In this document: piece after piece, positions 8,372 through 17,275 of the stretch
Layout: every line of letters starts with the position of its first letter
How positions within the stretch are numbered: the stretch's first letter is position 1
Assembly: GCA_963704725.1 (NCBI GenBank)
Contig: OY969934.1
Span: forward strand, 2,656,001 to 2,720,000
Source: an uncultured Actinomycetes bacterium
GTDB lineage: Bacteria; Actinomycetota; UBA4738; HRBIN12
Direction of reading: 5' to 3'
Length of the DNA: 64,000 nucleotides
Position numbers and translations under genes: made by a program
The notes under the pieces: model-generated
Seen by the model: the letters and a program-made list of their open reading frames with translations, nothing else
Databases searched by the model: none
Told to the model about the DNA's origin: nothing

Positions 8372-9792
8372 GTGGGGCACTCTACCTGTGGACCGGTCTG
8401 CGGCGCAGGGATCCGGTAGCCGCCCGTGATGACGACCGCCACGTCCTGGCCGACCGGCAGCGTTCCGGGGGGCGCCGGGACGAGCTCCAGGTTGGGGAAG
8501 TACGTCCCCACGACCTTGGCCATGTCCTCGGTGCCCTCGCGATACAGGATCATCGCGCCCTTGCGCGGCGCGTCGACCGCCGATGCGTCGACGATCCCCG
8601 GAGACGTGTTGAACCCGCCCTCGGTGAGCACCGTCGACACCTCGGTCGCGACGCCGCCCGACCGCTTGTCCACGACGGAGACGACGATGTTGGCGGGCGA
8701 GGGGGCGACGCCGGCGAGCTCGAGGCCGAGGTCGCCGAGCGGCTGGTTGTCGCGAAGCCGCCTGAACAGCTCATTCGCGTCCGGCTGCACCATGTTCACG
8801 ATCGACAGGAACGTGCCGTTGCTGTCGTAGATCCCCGCGGGGGTGCTCGGCACGGAGCGGAAATCGGCGTTGTCCGTCCCTACGCTGCCGAGCTGGTCCG
8901 CGAGGTACACGAGGTCGGCCACGTTCATCCCCTCGTCGACGACGAGGTTGTCGAGGAGCTCGGGGACGAGGCTCGGCAGGTGGAGCAGCTCTCCCGGTTG
9001 GAGCAGCTTGCTGATGACGGCGCGCAGGAACTGCTGCTGTCGTCCGATCCGGGCGAAGTCGGGGACGCGGTCACAGGGTTGATGGCGTGTCCGCACGTAC
9101 GCGAGCGCCGTGGCCCCGTCGAAGTCCTGGCACCCGGCGCCGATGTCCAGCCCGGTGAGCTCGTCCTGCATCGGATAGGGGACGCACATCCGGACGCCGC
9201 CCAGCGCGTCCACCAGTCCCTCGAAGCCGGCGAGCGACACGTACATCACGTGGTGGACCTGCATCCCGGTGATCTGCGTGACGGTTCGCGCGACCCTGGC
9301 TGCCCCGGCGCCCTTGATACCGCCCGAGAACGCCGAGTTGATCTTGCCCTGCCCCATCCCCGGGATGTCGACCCACAGATCGCGTGGGAAGGACAGGAAC
9401 GTCGCCTCCTTCTGACCGGGGCGCGTGTGGACCAGGATGATCGTGTCGGAACGATTCTCGCCGCCGATGTCGGCGTTCGTGCCGAAATGCTCCTGCTCCT
9501 GCGCGGAGAGCCCTTGCCGCGAGTCGCTCCCCAGCAGGAGGTAGTTGCAGGCGTGCGTCGCGCACTTGCCCAGGATGTCGTGCACGTCGGGCTGCGGCGA
9601 GCCCGAGGGCACGGGCGCGTCGACGATGTCGATCGTCTGTCGCTGGGCGTTCGCCCAGACGTACGCCCCCATGCCGACGGCCGAGCCCAGCATCACGAGC
9701 GCGGCGAACGCGGCAGAGGCGCCGAGCAGCGTGCGGCGCAGGTGGGGATGCGGGTGGCCCTGTCGTGCGGGCGTGGCGGGTCCGTCGGACAT
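8368..9792 (-). CDS. LCP (LytR-CpsA-Psr) glycopolymer transferase with LytR_C domain
   Basis: N-terminal TM, 'LLLGSDSR', 'RSDTIIL', 'SFPRDLWV', 'ALAYVRTR', 'DFARIGRQQ'. Confidence 0.9.
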   Translation of the reverse strand: MSDGPATPARQGHPHPHLRRTLLGASAAFAALVMLGSAVGMGAYVWANAQRQTIDIVDAPVPSGSPQPDVHDILGKCATHACNYLLLGSDSRQGLSAQEQEHFGTNADIGGENRSDTIILVHTRPGQKEATFLSFPRDLWVDIPGMGQGKINSAFSGGIKGAGAARVARTVTQITGMQVHHVMYVSLAGFEGLVDALGGVRMCVPYPMQDELTGLDIGAGCQDFDGATALAYVRTRHQPCDRVPDFARIGRQQQFLRAVISKLLQPGELLHLPSLVPELLDNLVVDEGMNVADLVYLADQLGSVGTDNADFRSVPSTPAGIYDSNGTFLSIVNMVQPDANELFRRLRDNQPLGDLGLELAGVAPSPANIVVSVVDKRSGGVATEVSTVLTEGGFNTSPGIVDASAVDAPRKGAMILYREGTEDMAKVVGTYFPNLELVPAPPGTLPVGQDVAVVITGGYRIPAPQTGPQVECPT

Positions 9793-9847
9793 AGGCTTTC
9801 GCCGACGAGCCTACCCGCAGCCCTCCCAGCCCGATACGGAGGCGCCC

Positions 9848-11782
9848 GTGACGATCGTGTGGCAACCCACCGAGGCCTACCTGGAGCGCGCCAACGTCAC
9901 GCGCTTCATGCGGGCCAACGGCATCGAGACGGAGGAGGAGCTGATCCGGCGCTCGACGACGGACGTCGCATGGTTCTGGGACGCGGTCGTGAAGGACCTC
10001 GGCCTCGAGTTCTTCGAGCCGTACGACCGGGTGCTGGACGTCTCGAACGGTCCCGAGTGGGCGACGTGGTTCGGGGGCGGGACCGTGAACCTGGCGCACG
10101 ACTGCGTCGACCGATGGGCCGAGCGCACGCCGGACGCCATCGCCGTGATCTGGGAGGGCGAGGAGGGCGGGGTCCGGCGCGTCACCTATCGAGAGCTCCG
10201 CGAGACCTCGGACGCGCTCGCGAACGGGCTCGTCGCGCTCGGCGTCGGGACCGGCGACGCCGTGGGGATCTTCCTCCCGATGTGTCCGGAGGCCGTGGCC
10301 TCGGTCATGGCGTGCTCGAAGCTCGGTGCCGTGTGGCTGCCCATCTTCAGCGGGTTCGGCGCCGACGCCGTCGCCACGCGACTGGCCGACGCCGAGGCGA
10401 AGGTGCTCATCACGGCGGATGGCTTCCCCCGTCGCGGCCGCCAGGTCCGGATGAAGGAGGTCGCGGACGAGGCGGTCGCCCTCGCGCCGACCGTGGCGCG
10501 CACGGTGGTGGTCCCCCGCCTCGGCCGCGACGATGTCCCGTGGGACGCGTCGCGCGACGTGATGTGGCAGCGCCTCCTCGACGAGCACACCGGGCCGTTC
10601 GAGACCCGACATCTGGATCCCGAGCATCCGCTGTTCGTCGCCTACACGAGCGGGACGACCGGCCGGCCCAAGGGCGCGGTGCACGTGCACGGAGGCTTCC
10701 TGGTGAAGATCGCCGAGGAGGTCGCGTACCAGGCCGACGTGCATCCCGGCGAGATCCTGTTCTGGTTCGCCGACCTCGGTTGGATCATGGGGCCGTGGGA
10801 GGTCGTCGGCGCCACGGCGCTCGGCGCCACGGTCTTCCTCTACGACGGCGCGCCGAACCACCCCGGACCCGACCGGCTGTGGTCGATGATCGAGCGCCAC
10901 CGGATCACGCACCTCGGCGTCTCGCCCACGCTGGTCCGCGCGCTGATCCCGGCCGGCGAGGAGCCGGTCCGGAGCCACGACCTCTCGTCCCTGCGGATCC
11001 TCGCGTCGACGGGCGAGCCGTGGAACCCCGAGCCCTACCGGTGGTTCCTCGAGGAGGTCGGCAGGGGAGACCTCCCCATCATCAACCTGTCCGGTGGGAC
11101 CGAGGTCGGCGCGTGCTTCCTCTCGCCTCATCCCATCAGCCCGTTGAAGTCGTGCTCGCTGCGGGGGCCGGCGCTCGGCATGGACATCGCCGTCTACCGG
11201 TCCGACGGGACCGAGGCCGCGGCCGGCGAGGTCGGCGAGCTAGTGTGCCGCAAGCCGTGGCCGGCCATGACCCGAGGCCTCCGCGGCGACCCGGAGCGCT
11301 ACCTCGACGCGTACTGGCGGCGATTCCCCGGGGTGTGGACGCACGGAGACTGGGCCAGCGTGGACGAGGACGGCTTCTGGTTCCTCCACGGCCGCAGCGA
11401 CGACACGATGAACGTGGCCGGCAAGCGGCTGGGGCCCGCGGAGGTCGAGAGCATCCTCACGCTCGACACGCGGATCGCCGAGTCGGCCGTCGTCGGCATC
11501 CCCGACGAGCTGAAGGGGGAGGCGATCTGGTGCTTCGTCGTGGCGCGTCCCGGCGTCGAGCCCGAGGAGGGTCTGGGCGAGGAGCTCCGGGCGCTCGTGG
11601 CCCGCCATCTCGGCAAGGCCTTCCGCCCGAGCCGGATCGTGTTCGTGCCCGAGCTGCCGAGGACGCGCTCGGCGAAGATCCTGCGCCGAGCCATCCGGGC
11701 CACCGTCGCCGGCGAGGACCCCGGCGACCTCTCCAGCCTGGAGAACCCCACGGCCATCGAGGCGATCCGAAGCGCCGTCTGA
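9848..11782 (+). CDS. AMP-forming acyl-CoA synthetase (acetate-CoA ligase family)
   Basis: 'YTSGTTGRPKG', 'SGGTE', 'GRSDDTMNVAGKR', 'PRTRSAKILRR'; GGAGG RBS before GTG 9848. Confidence 0.9.
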   Translation: MTIVWQPTEAYLERANVTRFMRANGIETEEELIRRSTTDVAWFWDAVVKDLGLEFFEPYDRVLDVSNGPEWATWFGGGTVNLAHDCVDRWAERTPDAIAVIWEGEEGGVRRVTYRELRETSDALANGLVALGVGTGDAVGIFLPMCPEAVASVMACSKLGAVWLPIFSGFGADAVATRLADAEAKVLITADGFPRRGRQVRMKEVADEAVALAPTVARTVVVPRLGRDDVPWDASRDVMWQRLLDEHTGPFETRHLDPEHPLFVAYTSGTTGRPKGAVHVHGGFLVKIAEEVAYQADVHPGEILFWFADLGWIMGPWEVVGATALGATVFLYDGAPNHPGPDRLWSMIERHRITHLGVSPTLVRALIPAGEEPVRSHDLSSLRILASTGEPWNPEPYRWFLEEVGRGDLPIINLSGGTEVGACFLSPHPISPLKSCSLRGPALGMDIAVYRSDGTEAAAGEVGELVCRKPWPAMTRGLRGDPERYLDAYWRRFPGVWTHGDWASVDEDGFWFLHGRSDDTMNVAGKRLGPAEVESILTLDTRIAESAVVGIPDELKGEAIWCFVVARPGVEPEEGLGEELRALVARHLGKAFRPSRIVFVPELPRTRSAKILRRAIRATVAGEDPGDLSSLENPTAIEAIRSAV

Positions 11783-11803
11783 ACCCGACTACGCTTAGGC
11801 GTC

Positions 11804-12634
11804 ATGCCGGCGCCACCGATGTCCGTCCTCGCCGTGGGCGTGGCGGTGGACGACCTCCCCGGCGCCGCCGTCGAGACGACCGACGACCTCATCGGGGCGC
11901 TCGCGCGGCTGGCGGACGGCGGGCTGGATCTCGTGCTGCTCTCGCTCGAGCTGCCCGACGAGCCCGGTCTCGACGCGATCCGGGCGATCCGCGAGCGCGT
12001 TCCGGAGGTGCCGATCGTCGTCGTGGCCGTCGACGCGCTCGCTTCGTCGGCGCTCGGGGCCGGCGCCGACGAGGTCGTCCCGCCGGACGGTGGATCGCAG
12101 CTCCTCGCTCGCGCCGCCCGGTACGCGGTCGCCCTCCAGCGCATGCGGACCGAGCTCCACCGCCGCGAGATCGTCGACGAGGTCACCGGGCTGTACAACG
12201 CGAGGGGGTTCGAGGAGTTCGCGGCACACCACATGGCGCTCGCGAGCCGCTCGTCGCGGCCGCTCGTCATCCTGTCCGTGCGGATCGACGGCCCATCCGG
12301 CGCGAACGCGGCCGATCGGGGTCCGCGCAGGGACCACTCGCTCGCCGATGCGGCCGAGGTCCTGCGCGCCGCCGTCCGAGACTGCGACGTCCTGGCCAGG
12401 CGAGACGGCGGCGCGTTCTGCGTCCTGCTCACCGGAGACGCCGTCGGCGCCGAGGCGCTGGTGCTCTCGCGGCTGGTGAACGCCCTGGCCGTGAGCAACG
12501 CCCGGGCCGGCCGCACCGGGAACCTCTCCCTCTCGGTGGGAGCGGCCACCTACGACCCCTCGAACCCCCAGACGCTCGGGGACCTCCTCGCCGCCGCCGA
12601 CCGGGTCGGGGCGACCCCCGAGGAGCCCGCGTGA
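11804..12634 (+). CDS. Receiver-like plus degenerate GGDEF domain protein
   Basis: 'DEVTGLYNARGF', 'AVRDCDVLARRDGGAFCVLL', 'LSLSVG', 'LLAAAD'. GGDEF is replaced by DGGAF and the receiver Asp site reads LVLLSL. Confidence 0.75.
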   Translation: MPAPPMSVLAVGVAVDDLPGAAVETTDDLIGALARLADGGLDLVLLSLELPDEPGLDAIRAIRERVPEVPIVVVAVDALASSALGAGADEVVPPDGGSQLLARAARYAVALQRMRTELHRREIVDEVTGLYNARGFEEFAAHHMALASRSSRPLVILSVRIDGPSGANAADRGPRRDHSLADAAEVLRAAVRDCDVLARRDGGAFCVLLTGDAVGAEALVLSRLVNALAVSNARAGRTGNLSLSVGAATYDPSNPQTLGDLLAAADRVGATPEEPA

Positions 12635-12767
12635 GCCCGCCCCGCGCGCCGTCGAGCGATCCGCGGCCCACCCGGCCGCGAATCCCCACCGACGTCCCCC
12701 CGCTCCCGGCGCGCGCGAGTGACTCGGCGAGCGGGTTCGGCGAAGCGACGGCACGAGCGAAGGAGCC

Positions 12768-13397
12768 ATGGCGAGCGCGACCCTGCTCGACCCCAACCGG
12801 GTCGGCCGATCGGAGACGACCGTGGCGCTCGATCTGAGCGAGGCGCGGGATCGCGACCTGGTCCAGCGGATCGAGGCCGGCGACGAGGAGGCGTTCCGGG
12901 GGCTGTTCCGGCGGTACGGCCCCACCGCGACGGCGCTCGCCCGCCAGGTGGCCCGCCAGCCCTTCCTGGCCGAGGAGATCGTCCAGGAGGCCTTCCTGGC
13001 CGTGTGGCGGAACCCGTCCGGATACGACCAAGGGCGCGGCTCCGTGAAGTCCTGGTTGATGGGCATGGTCCACCACCGGGCGGTCGACGCCATCCGCCGG
13101 GAGGAGGCACAGCGCCGGCGCGCCGAGGACGCCCAGGCCACCGACGTCGTCGTCGTGGCGGACCCCGCCGAGGCGGTCGTGGAGGAGCTGGGCCTGCCGG
13201 ACGAGCGCCGGGCCGTCCGCGCCGCGCTCGATCACCTGCCGGCCGAGCAGCGTCAGGTGATCGAGCTGATGTACTTCGGCGGCCTGTCGCAATCCAGGAT
13301 CTCCGAGCGGCTCGGTCTGCCGCTCGGCACGGTGAAGTCACGGACGCTGCTCGGCATGCGCCGCCTGCGGAAGACCTTGATCGGGATGGAGCGATGA
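12768..13397 (+). CDS. ECF RNA polymerase sigma factor (SigK-like)
   Basis: 'AEEIVQEAFLAVWR', 'HHRAVD', 'LPAEQRQVIELMYFGGLSQSRISERLGLPLGTVKSR'. Confidence 0.92.
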   Translation: MASATLLDPNRVGRSETTVALDLSEARDRDLVQRIEAGDEEAFRGLFRRYGPTATALARQVARQPFLAEEIVQEAFLAVWRNPSGYDQGRGSVKSWLMGMVHHRAVDAIRREEAQRRRAEDAQATDVVVVADPAEAVVEELGLPDERRAVRAALDHLPAEQRQVIELMYFGGLSQSRISERLGLPLGTVKSRTLLGMRRLRKTLIGMER

Positions 13398-14107
13398 GGG
13401 ATCACGAGGCGATCGAGGAGCTCCTGGCCGTCCGGGCCCTCGGCGGCCTCGATGCGGACGACGACGAACGGCTCCGCCGGGAGATGGCGGAGCACGGTGA
13501 CGACTGCCAGGAGTGTCGCCGCCTCGAGTTCGAGCTGGGCGAGGTGGCCGGCCGGCTGGCGTTCGCCCTCGACCCCGTGCACGTTCGCGACGGCGCCGAG
13601 AACCGGCTCGTCGCCGCCGCCACGCGCGAGCGGGTCCGGCTCCGGCCGGCGGGCGATCGCGGCCGGCGCTCGACGGGGTGGCCCGGGATGCGACTGCGTC
13701 CCCTGGTGGCGATCGCCGCGTCGGTCGTGCTCTTCGCCGCCGGGCTGGGAGTCGGGGTGGTGGCATCCGGGGGCGGCGACGGCGTGCCGCCCGACGCGCG
13801 GGTCGTGGCGTTCCAGGGCGAGGGCGCGGGGTCGCTGTCGGTGGCCTTCCGGCCGGGGAACGACGGCGTCTACCTGCTGGGCTCGGGCCTGCAGGAGCCC
13901 CCGTCGGGCCGCGTCTACGAGGTCTGGATGTTCCAGGGCGGCACGCCCGTGCCGACGACCTGCTTCCGACCGTCGCAGGACGGGTCGGTCTTCGAGTTCG
14001 TCGACGCCGGTCTGGGAACCACGGACGCGATGGCCGTCACGATCGAGCCGTCTGACTGCCCCTCGGCCCCCACGACCACGCCGATCCTGTCGGCCGAGAT
14101 CGCCTGA
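13394..14107 (+). CDS. Anti-sigma factor (RskA-like)
   Basis: ATGA overlap with the sigma gene; ZAS-like HxxxCxxC, one TM, 'YEVW', 'AVTIEP..PT'. Confidence 0.88.
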   Translation: MRDHEAIEELLAVRALGGLDADDDERLRREMAEHGDDCQECRRLEFELGEVAGRLAFALDPVHVRDGAENRLVAAATRERVRLRPAGDRGRRSTGWPGMRLRPLVAIAASVVLFAAGLGVGVVASGGGDGVPPDARVVAFQGEGAGSLSVAFRPGNDGVYLLGSGLQEPPSGRVYEVWMFQGGTPVPTTCFRPSQDGSVFEFVDAGLGTTDAMAVTIEPSDCPSAPTTTPILSAEIA

Positions 14108-14121
14108 GCGCCCGGACCCGG

Positions 14122-14535
14122 CTAGCGGACGACGAGGACCGGCACCTCGGCGAGGTGCACGACCTTGTGGGCCACGCTGCCCATCAGCAGGCGGCTCCAC
14201 TCCGAGAGCCCACGCGTACCGAGGACGATGAGGCTGACGTTCTCGTCTCGAGCCGCGTCCAGGATCGCGCGCGGCGTCTGACCGAGCGGCACGCGGACGA
14301 TCTCGCCCCGGACGCTGACCCCGTCGTCCTTGAGCTGCCGCACGATCCGATCCACGAGGTTCATCGCCTCGTCCGAGCTCTCCGCATCGACGTCCACCCC
14401 GAGCGCGACCTCGTGCTCGCGGGCGTGGAAGACGAGGATCTCGGACCGATAGCGCTGGGCGAGGTCGATCGCGACCGGGATGGCCTTCGCGCTGTGCCGC
14501 GAACCGTCGACGGCGAGGAGGATCTTCTCGAACAC
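14122..14535 (-). CDS. Universal stress protein
   Basis: 'FEKILLAVDGS', 'LIVLGTRG', 'MGSVAHKVVH..VPVLVVR'; GAGGAGG RBS. Confidence 0.92.
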   Translation of the reverse strand: MFEKILLAVDGSRHSAKAIPVAIDLAQRYRSEILVFHAREHEVALGVDVDAESSDEAMNLVDRIVRQLKDDGVSVRGEIVRVPLGQTPRAILDAARDENVSLIVLGTRGLSEWSRLLMGSVAHKVVHLAEVPVLVVR

Positions 14536-14762
14536 CGCCACCACCTCCTCCTGGCGCGAAGCATCCCGCCCCCGCCCCAGCGCTCCGAGGGCCGTACGGG
14601 CCGCCCCGGGCGGTCCCATCGGCGGGCTCGGCCCACTCCGCTCGAACGCTCGTCCCCGCACGACGCCTCGCAGGCTTACCCAGCCCTTAACCATCACCTG
14701 GAATCCGCCTGAACCACCCGTCCGTAGCGTGACCCCTGTCCCCGGACCGAGGAGGTTGACGG

Positions 14763-15174
14763 ATGAAGAAGCGATCCGCGATGACGATCGCGGGCGGACT
14801 CGTCGCAGCGCTGCTCGCCGGCGCCGTGGCCCTGTCGCTCGGGTTCGCGAGCGGCTCCCCTTCGACGACGGCCGCCCCGACGACCCGAGAGCCCCGCGTC
14901 CGCACGATCGAGCGAACGATCAAGATCCACCGCAAGTCCAAGCACACCCCGGCGCCCGTCGTCCGGACGATCCCGGCGCCCGCCGCCCCAGCCCCGGCCG
15001 CGCCGGCAACGAGGTCCCGGCCGTCCGCCGACCGCCCGTCGTCCGGCACGCCGAGCGGTGGCATGGTCGGAGAGCGACGACGAGTCCGACGACCAGTTCG
15101 AGAGCGAGGAGGACCACAGCCAGGACCACGAGTCCGACGACGATGGCGAGGACGACGGCGGGTTCGATGACTGA
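14763..15174 (+). CDS. Membrane-anchored Pro-rich protein with acidic/His tail (apparent frameshift near 15065)
   Basis: RBS GAGGAGG and a signal/TM segment. An alternative frame from about 15070 encodes ESDDESDDQFESEEDHSQDHESDDDGEDDGGFDD* with normal codon usage. Confidence 0.55.
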
Positions 15175-15568
15175 GCGGTCGGCCGATCACCGTCCCCGGC
15201 GGCGGATCTCACGCCGCGCCCTGCGGATCTGGGCCTGGGTGAGCGGCGGGCTGGCGTTCCTCGCGCCGTTCGCCGCCCTCGGCGCCTCCCCGAAGCCGGC
15301 TGCGAACGTCGCCGGCGAGGCTCGCCGCCCCGTCCTCATCGTCCGCAGGATCACCAGGAAGGTGATCATCCGCGATCCCGCCCCCGCGCCCGTGCGGTAC
15401 GTCTACGCGCCCTCTTCCGGATACACGCCCTCCGGATCGGGCACGGTGGCCGCACCCTCCGGTGGGGGAAGCCCGGGCGGCGGCGGGGGCGGCGGCGCGC
15501 CGGCGCCGGCACCCGCGCCCGCGCCCGCTCCTCCTCCGCCGCCGCCCACCACCACGGGAGGATCGTGA
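15167..15568 (+). CDS. Membrane-anchored Pro/Gly-rich protein ending TTTGGS, candidate ApbE flavinylation substrate
   Basis: N-terminal TM, long PA/G linker, C-terminal TTTGGS; overlaps the apbE start. Confidence 0.65.
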   Translation: MTERSADHRPRRRISRRALRIWAWVSGGLAFLAPFAALGASPKPAANVAGEARRPVLIVRRITRKVIIRDPAPAPVRYVYAPSSGYTPSGSGTVAAPSGGGSPGGGGGGGAPAPAPAPAPAPPPPPPTTTGGS

Positions 15569-16533
15569 TGGCCCCCCTGAGCCGGTCCGCGTTCCGCTCG
15601 ATGGGCACGAACGTGTCGCTCATCGGACCCGCGTCCGACGGCTTCGAGATCGCCGACGCGGCAACTCGGGCGGTCTTCGACCAACAGGACCTGCGCTTCT
15701 CCCGGTTCCGTGCGGACAGCGAGCTGTCCCGGGTGAACGCCCGCGCCGGGAGCTGGACCCGCGTGTCTGAGGAGTTCGCGGCCGTGACCCGTCTCGCGCT
15801 CGCGGCCTGGTACGAGACGGCCGGACGCTTCGACCCCACGGTGCTCGATGCCGTGATCGCGGCGGGCTACGACCGCGACTTCGATGAGCTCCTGGCGGGA
15901 GCGCGGGGAGCGGTCCGCCCACCTCGGCCGTGCGGTCGCGTCCACGAGGTCGAGCTCGAAGACACCATGCTGCGCCTGCCCGAGGAGGTGGGCCTGGACC
16001 TCGGTGGGATCGCCAAGGGGTGGACCGTGGACGTGGCAGCCCAGACCTCGGTGGCCCTCGGCCTGCCGTGGGCCCTCGTGAACGCGGGCGGCGACCTGCG
16101 CGTGGCGGGGTCGCCACCCCCTGAGGGGGTCGAGGTGGGCGTCGAGGATCCACAGGACCCTGACGCCGAGGTGGGACGGCTGATCCTGGACGAGGGCGCG
16201 CTCGCCACCTCCTCCGTCACCCGCCGGGCGTGGGGCGCGGGGCTCCACCACCTGATCGATCCGTGGACGGGCCTGCCGTCCGACGGTGCGGTGCTCCAGG
16301 CCACCGTCTGGGCCCCCACGTGCGCCCAGGCCGAGATCCGGGCCAAGGAGGCGCTCCTGGAGGGCGAGCCCTACCTGGACCGCGGCGCGGCTACGCTCGT
16401 GCTCCGCGACGGTCGGATCGTGACGAACATGGTGGTCCAGGAACCGGGGCCCGACGACGGATCGGGGCCACGCCCCGTCGAGGAGGGCTCGACGGTACCG
16501 GGGGCCCCGCGGAACGAGGAGGTCGTGGCGTGA
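15565..16533 (+). CDS. apbE: FAD:protein FMN transferase (ApbE family)
   Basis: 'FRSMGT', 'FSRFRADSELSRVN', 'FDPTV', 'LDLGGIAKG', 'NAGGD', 'ATS', 'HHLIDP'. Confidence 0.92.
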   Translation: MMAPLSRSAFRSMGTNVSLIGPASDGFEIADAATRAVFDQQDLRFSRFRADSELSRVNARAGSWTRVSEEFAAVTRLALAAWYETAGRFDPTVLDAVIAAGYDRDFDELLAGARGAVRPPRPCGRVHEVELEDTMLRLPEEVGLDLGGIAKGWTVDVAAQTSVALGLPWALVNAGGDLRVAGSPPPEGVEVGVEDPQDPDAEVGRLILDEGALATSSVTRRAWGAGLHHLIDPWTGLPSDGAVLQATVWAPTCAQAEIRAKEALLEGEPYLDRGAATLVLRDGRIVTNMVVQEPGPDDGSGPRPVEEGSTVPGAPRNEEVVA

Positions 16534-17213
16534 CGACGTGGATCGTGCTCCGGGCGGCCGGGATCGGCGCCTACGTGATGCTGTTCCTCTCGGTCGCGTG
16601 GGGGCTGGCGTCGACCACCACGATCCTCGGCAAGCGGTTCTCGAAGGCCTCCATGACGACGGTGCACCAGTTCACCGCGACGTGCGGACTGGTCCTGCTG
16701 GCCGTGCACATCGGCGGCCTGCTGGTCGACACGTTCACGCCGTTCTCCGTCGCGGACGTCACGATCCCGATGTCGACGACGTTCCACCCGGTGGCCGTGA
16801 CGTTCGGCATCGTGGCCATGTACGCGACGGTGTTCGTCATCGTCACGTCGTGGTTGCGCAAGCCGATCGGCACGAAGTGGTGGCGTCGGACGCACCTGTT
16901 GGCCGTCCCGACCTTCGTGCTCTCGATGATCCACGGCGTGTTCGCGGGCACCGACGCCGCCCGGCCGGCGATGTGGTGGACGTACGTGGCGACCGCCCTC
17001 ATCGTGCTGTTCCTGCTCGTGGTCCGCGGCCTCACCAGCGGGTTCCGACCCGAACGCGCCCCGCGGCCCGAACCCCGCCCCCGCGCCGCGGCGGCTGCGG
17101 CGCCCGCCGAACGTCCGGCGCAGCGAGTGCGTGCCGTTGCGGCGCCGTCCGAGCTACCCCCGCCGCCAGGGGATCCCGGGGCCGAGCTCAGAGCGCAGCC
17201 CGCGGTCGTCTGA
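16530..17213 (+). CDS. Ferric reductase-like (MsrQ-like) heme b membrane protein
   Basis: Multiple TM helices with His ligands ('TVHQF', 'AVHI', 'WRRTHLLA', 'IHG'); GTGA overlap with apbE. Confidence 0.85.
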   Translation: MTTWIVLRAAGIGAYVMLFLSVAWGLASTTTILGKRFSKASMTTVHQFTATCGLVLLAVHIGGLLVDTFTPFSVADVTIPMSTTFHPVAVTFGIVAMYATVFVIVTSWLRKPIGTKWWRRTHLLAVPTFVLSMIHGVFAGTDAARPAMWWTYVATALIVLFLLVVRGLTSGFRPERAPRPEPRPRAAAAAAPAERPAQRVRAVAAPSELPPPPGDPGAELRAQPAVV

Positions 17214-17275
17214 CCCCGACCGGACGGGCCGAAGGTCGGCCGGAGCGGCCGGACCGCTCGCCGTAGGATGGCGGC

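Noticed and set aside
15470-15560. Short GC-rich tandem repeats (also 37660-37770 and 48020-48190)
   Set aside because: They encode Pro/Ala, Pro/Thr or coiled-coil protein repeats and have no repeat-spacer structure, so they are not CRISPR or other DNA-level repeats.
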